From assembly GCA_025363815.1 (NCBI GenBank), contig JANYLB010000012.1, forward strand, positions 14,085 through 78,084: a stretch of DNA of 64,000 nucleotides. Direction: 5' to 3'. The translations under genes and the position numbers were made by a program. This DNA is from Actinomycetes bacterium (lineage in GTDB: Bacteria > Actinomycetota > Acidimicrobiia > IMCC26256 > JANYLB01). Shown in pieces: positions 49,003 through 58,615 of the stretch. A model generated the notes under the pieces. The model did no database searches and was not told where the DNA came from. It saw nothing but the letters and a program-made list of their open reading frames with translations. Every line of letters starts with the position of its first letter. The first letter of the stretch is position 1.

Positions 49003-49023
49003 GCACGAACCCTCTCCCACGGC

Positions 49024-50190
49024 ATGCAACATTCGCGCCAGGCGCCGCCGCGCATCCCGCGCCTCTTGTACGTCGCGGTCGCCGTCGAGGCCCTCGGCTA
49101 CGGGGGGATCTTCGCGCTGCTCGCTGATCTCCAGAACCGCTACGGCCTCCCGACCTACGGCCTCGGCCTCATCGGGGGAGCCAGCTTCCTCGCCGGTCTC
49201 GTCGCGCAGGTCTCCCTCGCTCGCTACGCCGACCGCGGCTATACCCGCCTCCTGCTCCGATCGGGGCTCGCCGTAGCGGCTGGTGGGATGCTGTGGTTCG
49301 GCCTTGCTACGCACCTCTGGGAGTTCATCGGCGCGCGAGTGCTCCTGGGTCTCGGCTCCGGGGTCTTCATCCCCGCGACCCGCCGAGTGGTGGTGAGTCG
49401 AGCGGGTGACCGCGCGGGTGAGGCACTGGGGCGCCTGGCCAGCGTCGAGGTCGGTGGGTTCATCGCCGGCCCCCCGATCGCCGCGTTGATAGCGGGGACG
49501 CTCGGGCTCCACGCACCATTCATCGTGTTCGCCGTCGCGCTGGCGGTCACGTCACCAGCGGTCGCCCGCCTCGACGAGCCTCCCGTCGAGGCACAAGGAG
49601 ACAAACGGGTCGTTCGGATGTTGCTTCGCCGGCGGGGAGTGCTCGCCGGCCTGTCACTCGGAGCCGCTCTGTTCCTATCGATCGGTGTGTTCGACGCGAT
49701 GTGGGCCAAGTACATGAACGACCTCGGCGCGAGCACCGCCGTGATCGCTGTGACCCTGGCCCTATTCGCGCTCCCACTAGTCGCGCTCAGCCCGTTCGGC
49801 GGCCGCATCGCGGATCGTCGAGGCCCTGTCCGCAGCTCGGTGCTCGCGCTGGCCATCAGCGTGCCCTGCATCGTGGGCTACGGGTTGACCGGCTCAATCG
49901 CCTTCGCCTGCGTCCTCGCGCTGGTGCACTCGTTCTGCGATGCCGTGACCACACCCGCGAGCCAGACTGCCGTCGCCAGGGCCGCCCCAGCGTCGCTCGC
50001 CGCGGCCGGTCAGGGGCTCTACGGCGCGGTCGGGGCCGCTGCGGCGGCGTTCGCTGCCTTCGGCGCTGCCCCCCTCTACGGAGCGGCCGGGCCCGAGGTC
50101 ATGTGGGCCGTCTGCGGCGGGCTCGTCGGCGTGCTCGCACTCGCGGCCTTCCTGTTGGGACGCGGCAGCACCGTCGACCAACTCCGTTAG
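49024..50190 (+). CDS. MFS transporter
   Basis: About 12 hydrophobic helices, ARYADRG and GRIADRRG loops. Confidence 0.88.
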   Translation: MQHSRQAPPRIPRLLYVAVAVEALGYGGIFALLADLQNRYGLPTYGLGLIGGASFLAGLVAQVSLARYADRGYTRLLLRSGLAVAAGGMLWFGLATHLWEFIGARVLLGLGSGVFIPATRRVVVSRAGDRAGEALGRLASVEVGGFIAGPPIAALIAGTLGLHAPFIVFAVALAVTSPAVARLDEPPVEAQGDKRVVRMLLRRRGVLAGLSLGAALFLSIGVFDAMWAKYMNDLGASTAVIAVTLALFALPLVALSPFGGRIADRRGPVRSSVLALAISVPCIVGYGLTGSIAFACVLALVHSFCDAVTTPASQTAVARAAPASLAAAGQGLYGAVGAAAAAFAAFGAAPLYGAAGPEVMWAVCGGLVGVLALAAFLLGRGSTVDQLR

Positions 50191-50272
50191 CCCCGAGTCT
50201 CCCCGTCGGTACTAGTCAGCTTTTCCCCGGGGCGATCCAATGGAAGGCGAGATCCCGAGCGGCACGGGCTTC

Positions 50273-52237
50273 TCAGTTGTGGCCGTCGCGCACGACGAGG
50301 GCCACGACGCGCATCGTGATGATCGTCGCGAGGAACATGCCCGAGTATCCGATTGCCGCGAGGATAGAAGCGTCTCTCGCGTCCGGCTCCTGCGCGGAGG
50401 CGAGCAACAGGAGCGCCGATACCACGAGACTGAACAACCCAACCGCGGCGAGCACTGCTCGGTTGAGGAGCGTCAGCACGAAGGCGGCGTCGTCGGGGTC
50501 GGCGTAGCGACGACTGCGGATGCTCAGCTGACCGCTCCGGAGCTGATTCGCAATTGCCTCGGCGGAATCGGGCAATGTCCGCAGTGACGGAAGGCTGCGC
50601 AGCAGCTCCTGGTTCAGCTGCGCCTGGAGCGCGTCGGAGTCGGCAGGAGTGACCATCGGACGCGCCAACTCGGCCGCGTGGGTCGCGGTCGAATACCCCG
50701 GCGCGAGCGTCCTGAGGGTGCCGTCGAGCGTGATGAGCGCCCGGGCGAGCAGCGTGAACGAATGCGGGACCGATAGGTGGTTCCGCCGCAACACGCCGAT
50801 CATCGCCTGGAACATCCCGACGTCGAGACCCCCGCCATGGCTCACATGCACGGCGAGGAACCGGCCGAGATCCGACTCGAGGCGGCTGACGTCGGCACCC
50901 GGCGGGGGCGGCGCGATCGCGAGCACCGCTCGTCGCAGCAACGCAGGATCGTTCAACTCCGTCGCGAGCAGCATCCCGCCGAGCGCTTGGAGCGTGACCG
51001 CGTCGAGCACACCCGTCGAGCCGAAGTCGAGCAGCACGAGCGTGCCGTCGGCCTCCACGAGGATGTTGCCCGGATGGGGATCGGCGTGGAAGATGCCGTC
51101 GGAGAGCGTCTGGGCGAGGAACGAGCCGAGGAGCCGGTTGGCGAGCACCTCGCGTGACACCGGTGCAGCGTCGACCGAGGCCGCGTCGGCGATCGAATGC
51201 CCTCCCATCTCCTCGAGCACGAGCATCCGCCGCGTCGACACGTGTTCGTAAACCTGGGGAATGCGGACGCCCTCATCGGCCCGGCGATTCCCTCGGACCC
51301 GCGCCTCTGATCGGGCCTCGGCAGTGAAGTCGAGCTCCTCTTCCACCGCATCTGTGAACTCGCGCACCAGCGAGATGATGTCGACCCGAAGCCCGAGGGT
51401 CGTGCGACGCTGCAGGAATCCCGCGAGCGACAACATCGCCTGCGTGTCCCGCGAGACGATGTCGGCAATGCCCGGACGCTGGACCTTGACGACGACCCGT
51501 TCGCCTGTCGTCAGCACGGCGCGGTGCACCTGACCGATCGACGCCGCCGCTAGCGGCTCCCAATCGAACGACACGAACACATCTTCGACCGGCCGGCCCA
51601 GCTCCTCCTCGACCACGGTGCGGATGCCGGCGGCCGACTCCGGGGCCACGCCCGCCTGGAGCTCGGTGAGCTGGGTGATCAGCGGCGCGGGAAGGAGGTC
51701 GCCGCGCGTCGACGCGACCTGTCCGAGCTTCACGAACATCCCACCGCATTCCTCGAGGGTCGCCCGTAGGCACAAACCGAATGCGGGATCGGCGATCCCG
51801 ACAGACGAGGCGAAGCGCCGGTGCAGCAACCCCTGGCGCTTTGCGATGCGCAACACCTGCTGGAAGCGAAGCGGGGGCGCGATGGTGCGCTGCACCCGCC
51901 GGACCGGGTGGGGCATTTGCGGGAGCCGACCCAGGTGATCCTCATTGGTCCTACGGCCCGGGCTCGCGATGAACTCCCACGCGATCGCGAGACCCATAGT
52001 GGAGATGATCGAGAACGCCGCCACCCGAATCGCGAGATCCAGGTTTGACGGCAGCCGGTCCTGGTATGACACCGCCGCGACCAAGACGCCGAGCACGAAG
52101 CCGAGCACACCGGTGATCACGCTGCGCAGCGCAGCGCGCCGGATGCCGAGGAGGCGCGATGCCAACCAGGCCAGGAACAGCACCGGAAACAGGATCGCGA
52201 CAAGCTCAATGGTGTCGTGGACGACGATGTTGATCAC
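50273..52237 (-). CDS. ABC1/AarF/UbiB family kinase with N- and C-terminal TM helices
   Basis: FVKLGQ, AAASIGQVH, VVKVQRP, EELDF, FHADPHPGN, LLDFG. Confidence 0.93.
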   Translation of the reverse strand: MINIVVHDTIELVAILFPVLFLAWLASRLLGIRRAALRSVITGVLGFVLGVLVAAVSYQDRLPSNLDLAIRVAAFSIISTMGLAIAWEFIASPGRRTNEDHLGRLPQMPHPVRRVQRTIAPPLRFQQVLRIAKRQGLLHRRFASSVGIADPAFGLCLRATLEECGGMFVKLGQVASTRGDLLPAPLITQLTELQAGVAPESAAGIRTVVEEELGRPVEDVFVSFDWEPLAAASIGQVHRAVLTTGERVVVKVQRPGIADIVSRDTQAMLSLAGFLQRRTTLGLRVDIISLVREFTDAVEEELDFTAEARSEARVRGNRRADEGVRIPQVYEHVSTRRMLVLEEMGGHSIADAASVDAAPVSREVLANRLLGSFLAQTLSDGIFHADPHPGNILVEADGTLVLLDFGSTGVLDAVTLQALGGMLLATELNDPALLRRAVLAIAPPPPGADVSRLESDLGRFLAVHVSHGGGLDVGMFQAMIGVLRRNHLSVPHSFTLLARALITLDGTLRTLAPGYSTATHAAELARPMVTPADSDALQAQLNQELLRSLPSLRTLPDSAEAIANQLRSGQLSIRSRRYADPDDAAFVLTLLNRAVLAAVGLFSLVVSALLLLASAQEPDARDASILAAIGYSGMFLATIITMRVVALVVRDGHN

Positions 52238-52289
52238 GCTCGGGCCCGATCACCGATGGGCTGTATCACGATGACATGCTCCATTCTCT

Positions 52290-53018
52290 CTAGGGATCAC
52301 GACGCTCGACGATGACCGTGCCGATCACGGCCAGGCCGACGGCCCACGCCGCGTACACGAGCACGGCGACGAACCACAGCGAGAGGCCACTGCGGATGCT
52401 GGTGGCGGGAATCGATGCGAACGCCGCGCGGAACGGAAGCACCGAGCCCAGGCCTTCGGACGCGAACACCGTCACCAAGGATTCGAGCACGAACATGTCG
52501 AGGAGCACCGCGGTGATGCCCAGAGCCGAGTTGCGGGTGATCGATCCTACGGCGATACCTAGGGCCACTGAGATTCCCGCGGCAAGGACATATCCGGAGA
52601 CGGTCTCGACCAGGCGAGCGTCGATCGGGATCGAATGGCCGTAGCTATTCGCCACGATGCTCGCGACCACGAACGATCCGGCGATGGCGATGAGCGCGCT
52701 CACGAGCCCGACCGCGACGCCGAAGATCATCTTCGCGAGAATGAGCCGACTGCAATCGGGGACTGAGGTGAAGGTCGCTCGGATGGTCCCGAAGCGGTAC
52801 TCCTGCGCGATGAGCTGGACGCCGAGCACGAGGAGCAGCACGATCACGAAGGTCGAGCTCACCGCGAGCGACTCGGCCGGATCGCGACCCTTGGAGGAAT
52901 CGACGGCGATTCCGGCGATCAAGAGCGCGACCACGACCGCGACCGCGACCGCGATCATCACCCAGGGGCTACGAACCGAGCGGAACTTGATCCACTCCCC
53001 GCGCAGCAACGCGCTCAC
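52290..53018 (-). CDS. ABC-2 type transporter permease
   Basis: EWIKFRSVRS, EYRFGTIRATF, six TM, C-terminal RRDP. Confidence 0.88.
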   Translation of the reverse strand: MSALLRGEWIKFRSVRSPWVMIAVAVAVVVALLIAGIAVDSSKGRDPAESLAVSSTFVIVLLLVLGVQLIAQEYRFGTIRATFTSVPDCSRLILAKMIFGVAVGLVSALIAIAGSFVVASIVANSYGHSIPIDARLVETVSGYVLAAGISVALGIAVGSITRNSALGITAVLLDMFVLESLVTVFASEGLGSVLPFRAAFASIPATSIRSGLSLWFVAVLVYAAWAVGLAVIGTVIVERRDP

Positions 53019-53977
53019 GAACCCGCCTCGCCGGCCCGGAATTCCTGGGTCTTGGAGGTGAGGCGGAGGAACGCGTCCTCGAGCGACGGCTCGCGCGGGG
53101 TGAGCTCGTGCAGCACGATTCCGTTCGCCGCCGCGAGCTCGCCGACCGAAGCCGCGTCGAGGCCCGTCACATCGAGCCGCAGGGACTCGCCGGCCCCGCC
53201 ACCTTCAACCCCGCCACCTTCAGCCCCGACATCGTCGACGACCACGGCGGCACCGGTGCGCGCGATTAGCTCACCGAGTCGGCGCGCGTCGGGGCTCACG
53301 ACAGTGACGAGGGGACGTCCTTGCGTGCCGAGCACGTCGTGCAGAGAACCGGAGGCGAGCAGCCGGCCCTTTCCGATCACTACGAGCTCGTCGACGACCT
53401 GACCGAGCTCCGACAGTAGGTGGCTGGAGACGAACACGCTCCGGCCCTGATCGGCGAGGTAACGCATGGACCTGCGGATCCACAAGATCCCCTCGGGGTC
53501 GAGGCCGTTCGCGGGTTCGTCGAGAATCATCACCGGCGGGTCGCCGAGGAGCGCAAGAGCGAGACCGAGGTGCTGGGACATCCCCAACGAGAACCCACCT
53601 GCTCGGCGTGTCGCCACATCGGCGAGGCCCACAAGACCGAGCACCTCGTCGACCCGCGCGTCGGGAATCCGATTGGTGGCCGCGAACATGGCCAGGTGGT
53701 TGCGGGCCGACCGTCGGGGGTGAACCCCCTCGGCGTCGAGGAGCGCACCGACCGAACGCATAGGATCCGCCAGCTCCCGATACCGGTGTCCGTCGAACGT
53801 CGCCTGCCCCGAGTCGGCCCTGTCCAGTGCGAGCATCACCCGCATGGTCGTCGACTTGCCGGCGCCATTCGGCCCGACAAATCCCGTCACCGCGCCGGGG
53901 CGGACAGAGAAGCTGAGGCCGTCGACGGCGAGGACACTCCCAAATCGTTTGGTGATCCCCGACACCTCGATCTGCAT
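53015..53977 (-). CDS. ABC transporter ATP-binding protein
   Basis: GPNGAGKST, FSLGM, ILDEPANGLDP, VSSHLL. Confidence 0.93.
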   Translation of the reverse strand: MQIEVSGITKRFGSVLAVDGLSFSVRPGAVTGFVGPNGAGKSTTMRVMLALDRADSGQATFDGHRYRELADPMRSVGALLDAEGVHPRRSARNHLAMFAATNRIPDARVDEVLGLVGLADVATRRAGGFSLGMSQHLGLALALLGDPPVMILDEPANGLDPEGILWIRRSMRYLADQGRSVFVSSHLLSELGQVVDELVVIGKGRLLASGSLHDVLGTQGRPLVTVVSPDARRLGELIARTGAAVVVDDVGAEGGGVEGGGAGESLRLDVTGLDAASVGELAAANGIVLHELTPREPSLEDAFLRLTSKTQEFRAGEAGS

Positions 53978-54004
53978 CCGAGGGATGGTAGGTCTTCGGC
54001 CGAT

Positions 54005-54023
54005 TCTGACCGGGCGCCAGATC
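54005..54023. promoter_or_regulatory. Candidate C/D-ring operator TCTGA-CCGGGCG-CCAGATC
   Basis: One-mismatch palindrome upstream of -10 TAGCCT of fadE31. Confidence 0.55.
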
Positions 54024-54045
54024 GGCTTGTAGCCTCGCAAACCGC

Positions 54046-55185
54046 ATGGACCTCACGTGGAGCGCCGACGAGCAAGCCTTCCGGGCCGAGGCCAGAGCCT
54101 GGCTCGAGACGAACGTTCCACCAGCGGGCCTGGCTTCGGGCGACACCCGCGAGGGCTTCGCCCGACACCTCGAGTGGGAACGCGCGCTGTTCGACGCTCG
54201 CTGGGCCGTCGTCTCATGGCCGCAGGCCTACGGCGGACGCGACGCGAGCTTGTGGGAATGGCTCATCTTCGAAGAGGAGTACTCCCGGGCGGGTGCACCA
54301 CAGCGGGTGACCCAGAACGGAATCTTTCTGCTCGCGCCGACGCTCTTCGAGTTCGGCACGCCCGGCCAGCGCGACCGCTTCCTCCCCACGATGGCGAGCG
54401 GGGAGGAGACGTGGTGTCAGGGCTGGTCGGAACCCGATGCCGGGAGTGACCTCGCCGCCATATCGAGCCGCGCCGTGCGCGACGAGCTTGCCGGCGGGTG
54501 GCGGCTCAGCGGTCAGAAGACATGGACGACCAGAGGCGCTTTCTGCACGCACCTCTTCGGCCTCTACCGCACAGACTCCGATGCGGAACGCCACCGCGGT
54601 CTGACGTACTTCCTCGTTCCCCTCGACACCCCCGGCGTGACTGTGCGCGGCTTCGGTCGGCTCGACGGCGACGAAGGGTTCGCCGATGTGTTTTGCGACG
54701 ACGTGTTCGTCCCGGATGATCTCGTCCTCGGTGAGGTCGACCAGGGATGGAAGGTGGCGATGGCCACCACAGGCTCCGAACGGGGCCTCACGCTGCGAAG
54801 CCCCGGTCGGTTTCTCGCCACCACGTCACGCCTCGTCGAGCTCGCGCGCGAGCGCGGCGCCGCCGATCCGTTGGTTCGCCAACGGATCGCCCAGGGTCAG
54901 ATCGACGCGGAGGCCTACCAGCTCCAGACGCTCGCGACCGTAACCAAGCTGAGTGCCGGCGAGCACCCTGGCGCGGAGTCGAGCCTCACCAAGGTCTTCT
55001 GGTCCGAGCTCGACGTGCAGCTCCACGAAACCGCGCTCGGTCTCGCCGGCCACGATGCTGAGCTCGAGGATTCGCCGTGGATGAAAGGCTGGCAGTTCGC
55101 CCTCTCCGGCCCGATCTACGCGGGAACCAACGAGATCCAACGCAACGTGATCGCCGAGCGCGTACTCGGCCTTCCCCGGAAGTAG
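54046..55185 (+). CDS. fadE31: Acyl-CoA dehydrogenase FadE31-like
   Basis: DTREGFARHLEWE, WLIFEEEY, QNGIFLLAPT, WSEPDAGSDLA, ERGLTLRSPGRF, GPIYAGTNEIQRN. Confidence 0.88.
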   Translation: MDLTWSADEQAFRAEARAWLETNVPPAGLASGDTREGFARHLEWERALFDARWAVVSWPQAYGGRDASLWEWLIFEEEYSRAGAPQRVTQNGIFLLAPTLFEFGTPGQRDRFLPTMASGEETWCQGWSEPDAGSDLAAISSRAVRDELAGGWRLSGQKTWTTRGAFCTHLFGLYRTDSDAERHRGLTYFLVPLDTPGVTVRGFGRLDGDEGFADVFCDDVFVPDDLVLGEVDQGWKVAMATTGSERGLTLRSPGRFLATTSRLVELARERGAADPLVRQRIAQGQIDAEAYQLQTLATVTKLSAGEHPGAESSLTKVFWSELDVQLHETALGLAGHDAELEDSPWMKGWQFALSGPIYAGTNEIQRNVIAERVLGLPRK

Positions 55186-55190
55186 GGCCG

Positions 55191-56147
55191 ATGCGGTTCG
55201 CGTTCACAGAGAACCAACTCGCGTTCCGCGACGCGGTGCACGACCTCCTCGCGAAGGAGTGCCCACCATCGGTCGTGCGCGACGCGTGGACAAACGAGAC
55301 TGGTCGTAGCTCGACCGCGTGGACCGAGCTGGCCAAGATGGGAGTGCTCGGTGCACTCGTACCCGAGGCCCAGGGCGGCCTGGGCCTCTCCGAGATCGAC
55401 GTCGTGCTGCTGGCCGAGGAGACGGGTCGGGTCGCGCTCCCCGAACCGTTCGTTGAGCACATGCTGGTCGGCGCGCCCCTCCTCGCCACCGAAGCGGCGG
55501 CTTCGGGCATTACAACGGTGACGGCCGGCGATCCCCTAGTTCCCTACGCCGATACCGCCGACACGATCGTGCGCCTCGGCCACGAGAGCTTCGTCGCGGA
55601 TCGCGACGATTCCACGTTGGAAGCACACCGCTCGGTCGACCACAGTCGGCGCCTGTTCAGCGTCGAGACCTCCGGATCGCCGCGGGCGCTCGACGCCGCC
55701 GAGGTCTCGACTGCCTACTGGCGCGGCACGCTCGGGTTCTCCGCCCAGCTCGTCGGCCTCGGCCACCACCTACTCGCTACCACTGTCGAGTACGTGGTTG
55801 CCCGCCGCCAGTTCGGCGTACCCATCGGCTCGTTCCAAGCGATCAAGCACAAGCTTGCCGACGTGCGGATCGCTCTCGAGTTCGCCGCGCCGCTGGTGTA
55901 CCGGGCCGCATACTCGCTCACGGTCTCCGACCCTGCCGCGCGGACCCACGTCGCGATGGCCAAGGCGGCGTCGGCCGACGCCGCGACCCTCGCGGCGCGC
56001 CATGCCCTGCAGTGCCACGGAGCCATGGGGTATTCCTTCGAATACGACCTGCACCTCTGGATCAAGCGCGTCTGGGCGTTGGCCGCGGCCTGGGGCGACG
56101 CGACCTGGCACCGCGAGCTCGTCGCGCGCGCGATCCTTGACACCTGA
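55191..56147 (+). CDS. fadE32: Acyl-CoA dehydrogenase beta subunit FadE32-like
   Basis: MRFAF, EETGRVALP, RRQFGVPIGSFQAIKH, LQCHGAMGY, DLHLWIKR; follows fadE31. Confidence 0.82.
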   Translation: MRFAFTENQLAFRDAVHDLLAKECPPSVVRDAWTNETGRSSTAWTELAKMGVLGALVPEAQGGLGLSEIDVVLLAEETGRVALPEPFVEHMLVGAPLLATEAAASGITTVTAGDPLVPYADTADTIVRLGHESFVADRDDSTLEAHRSVDHSRRLFSVETSGSPRALDAAEVSTAYWRGTLGFSAQLVGLGHHLLATTVEYVVARRQFGVPIGSFQAIKHKLADVRIALEFAAPLVYRAAYSLTVSDPAARTHVAMAKAASADAATLAARHALQCHGAMGYSFEYDLHLWIKRVWALAAAWGDATWHRELVARAILDT

Positions 56148-56195
56148 TGCAACCCCGCCATCGCCCGGTGGCGTTCGAGAAAGCTGGATGACCCG

Positions 56196-57344
56196 ATGCC
56201 CGAGGCCTACATCGTCGACACGCTCCGCACCCCTGTTGGCCGCCGCGGTGGTGGACTGAGCGGCGTGCACCCAGCGGACTTGGGCGCGCACACCATCTCC
56301 GCCTTGATGGACCGCACCGGGATCGATCCGGCTGCCGTCGAAGACGTCTACTTCGGCTGCGTCGACGCGATCGGTCCGCAGGCGGGCGACATCGCTCGCA
56401 CCTCCTGGCTCGCCGCGGGCTTGCCCGAGCACGTGCCGGGCACGACGATCGACCGGCAGTGCGGGTCGAGCCAGCAGGCTGTGCACTTCGCCGCCCAAGC
56501 AGTGATGAGTGGCACCAACGACGTGATCGTGGCCGGCGGCGTGCAGAACATGAGCCAGATCCCCATCTCCTCGGCGATGAGGATGGCCGAGCCGCTCGGG
56601 TTCACCGACCCGTTCAGCGGTTCGAAGGGTTGGGTGGCTCGCTACGGCACCCAGGAGGTGAGCCAGTTCCGCGGCGCGGAGCTCATCGCGCAGAGATGGG
56701 ACGTCACGCGCGACGAGATGGAGGCGTTCGCGGTCGAGTCTCATGAGCGCGCTCTGCGCGCGCAGGCCGAGGGGCGGTTCGACCGCGAGATCGTCCCGTT
56801 CGGCGAGATCAGCCGCGACGAAGGCCCGCGTGAACCGAACTGGGACAAGATCCGCTCGCTCCCTCCACTCGTCGAAGGCGGACGTCTCACCGCCGCGCTG
56901 GCCAGCCAGATCTCCGACGCATCTAGCGCGATGCTCGTGGTGAGCGAGCAGGCGTTGGCCGTCCACGGGCTGACGCCGCGCGCTCGGATACACCACCTGA
57001 GCGTGCGCGGCGACGACCCCATCTTCATGCTCAGCGCACCCATCCCGGCCACCGCTTACGCGTTGGAACGCAGCGGGATGTCGCTCGACGACATCGACCT
57101 TGTCGAGATCAACGAGGCCTTCGCGTCGGTGGTGCTCGCGTGGCAGCGTGAGACCGGTGCCGACCTCGCCAAAGTGAACGTGAACGGCGGCGCGATCGCG
57201 CTCGGACATCCCCTCGGCGCGACCGGCGTGCGCCTCATGACCACCTTGTTGAACGAGCTGGAACGCACCGGCGGCCGCTACGGCCTCCAGACCATGTGCG
57301 AGGGAGGTGGCCAGGCCAACGTCACCATCATCGAACGGTTGTAG
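56196..57344 (+). CDS. fadA6: Thiolase FadA6
   Basis: HPADLGAH, GPQAGDIAR, DRQCGSSQQA, SQFRGAE, NEAFA, GHPLGATG, MCEGGGQAN. Confidence 0.9.
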   Translation: MPEAYIVDTLRTPVGRRGGGLSGVHPADLGAHTISALMDRTGIDPAAVEDVYFGCVDAIGPQAGDIARTSWLAAGLPEHVPGTTIDRQCGSSQQAVHFAAQAVMSGTNDVIVAGGVQNMSQIPISSAMRMAEPLGFTDPFSGSKGWVARYGTQEVSQFRGAELIAQRWDVTRDEMEAFAVESHERALRAQAEGRFDREIVPFGEISRDEGPREPNWDKIRSLPPLVEGGRLTAALASQISDASSAMLVVSEQALAVHGLTPRARIHHLSVRGDDPIFMLSAPIPATAYALERSGMSLDDIDLVEINEAFASVVLAWQRETGADLAKVNVNGGAIALGHPLGATGVRLMTTLLNELERTGGRYGLQTMCEGGGQANVTIIERL

Positions 57345-57408
57345 GTACCCGCTCGGCCTCGCCATCGCGCGCAGCGTCGCCAACTTCGGCCTCAACTGCC
57401 TCTGATAC

Positions 57409-57745
57409 CACGATCCGTGAGCTTCGCGAAGTACTACTTGCGGGAAGTAGCCACGCGCGCGAGAAGATCACCCATCGACCCCTGCCGCTCACTCCCCCAC
57501 TGGAGCAGTACATGGCAAGCCCGGAAGCGTGGTTGGACCTCTACGAGAGCTATCTCGGAGAGCGCCTTCCCGACGAGACGACATTGCGCAAGCTCGCCTT
57601 CACCGCGTGTGACGGAGACTCCCTCGCGCTCATGACCGGGATGCTGCACACGATCCGTGACCTCTCCGAGCAGCTCGCCCAGTTCTACGGCAACGCGCCC
57701 ACCGATGTGCTCCGCATGGAGGTATTCCTGCCCGTCGCCCGCTGA
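57409..57745 (+). pseudogene. Orphan ORF or 3' gene remnant of unknown family
   Basis: Open frame to TGA 57745 with protein-like composition; no convincing RBS/start (first ATG 57512). Confidence 0.35.
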
Positions 57746-57754
57746 GCGGCGGGT

Positions 57755-58594
57755 CTACGCCACGACCAGATCGGCGTAGCGGTCGAGCGCGGCCAACACG
57801 ACGTCGGCCGGTGCCGACGGCAGGTTGAGCACCACTTCCTCGATACCGAGTGTGGCGTAGTAGTCGAGCTTGCCCTGCTCGGGCATCGATCCGAAGGGCA
57901 CGATCCGCAACGTCGACGGATCGCGCCCGGCCGACTCCGCCGCCGCGTGGAGATCGCCCAGCGCGCTGCGTATTCCCGCGCCGCCGATCGGGATCCAACC
58001 GTCGGCATACTCGACGACGTGTGCGAACAACTTCGGTCCTGCCGCGCCACCAATCAGCACCGGCGGGCCGGGACGCTGCACCGGCTTGGGCCACGACCAG
58101 CTCGGCGCGAATCGCACATGCTCGCCTTCGAAGCCGGCTACGTCATCGGTCCAGAGTCGCTGCATGGCGAGCACGTGCTCGCGCACGACCGCGCGGCGCT
58201 CCCGCATCGAGTGGCCGTGATCTTCGAGCTCATCCTCGTTCCAACCGAATCCGACTCCGAACACGAACCGCCCACCACTCAGCAAATCCAGCGAGGCGAC
58301 GGCCTTCGCGGTCACTATGGGCTCCCGCTGCGCGACCAAACAGATCCCGGTTCCGAGCACGATTCGCTTCGTGACCGCAGCCGCGGCCGCGAGCGCCACC
58401 AGCGGGTCCAGGGTGCGCCTGTACTCTTCGCGAAGCTCGGAATCGCCCGTCGGCGGCGGCGTGCGTCGCGACACCGGGATGTGGGTGTGCTCGGGCAGGT
58501 ACATCGACGCGAGCCCGCGCTCCTCGACCGCGCGTGCGAGCGTGATCGGATCGATGGATCGGTCGGTGGCGAACATGGTCACTCCGAGGCGCAC
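57755..58594 (-). CDS. LLM-class F420-dependent oxidoreductase (Rv2161c-like)
   Basis: MFATD, PEHTHIPVSRRTP, DPLVAL, AKAVASLDLLSGGRF, GFGWN, WPKP; GTG 58594. Confidence 0.9.
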   Translation of the reverse strand: MRLGVTMFATDRSIDPITLARAVEERGLASMYLPEHTHIPVSRRTPPPTGDSELREEYRRTLDPLVALAAAAAVTKRIVLGTGICLVAQREPIVTAKAVASLDLLSGGRFVFGVGFGWNEDELEDHGHSMRERRAVVREHVLAMQRLWTDDVAGFEGEHVRFAPSWSWPKPVQRPGPPVLIGGAAGPKLFAHVVEYADGWIPIGGAGIRSALGDLHAAAESAGRDPSTLRIVPFGSMPEQGKLDYYATLGIEEVVLNLPSAPADVVLAALDRYADLVVA

Positions 58595-58615
58595 GCCGGG
58601 TACGGTACGCCCTTC

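Noticed and set aside
53194-53223. 15-nt tandem duplication CCCCGCCACCTTCA(A/G) in ABC ATPase
   Set aside because: In-frame slippage adding EGGG to a loop; two copies only, no evident function
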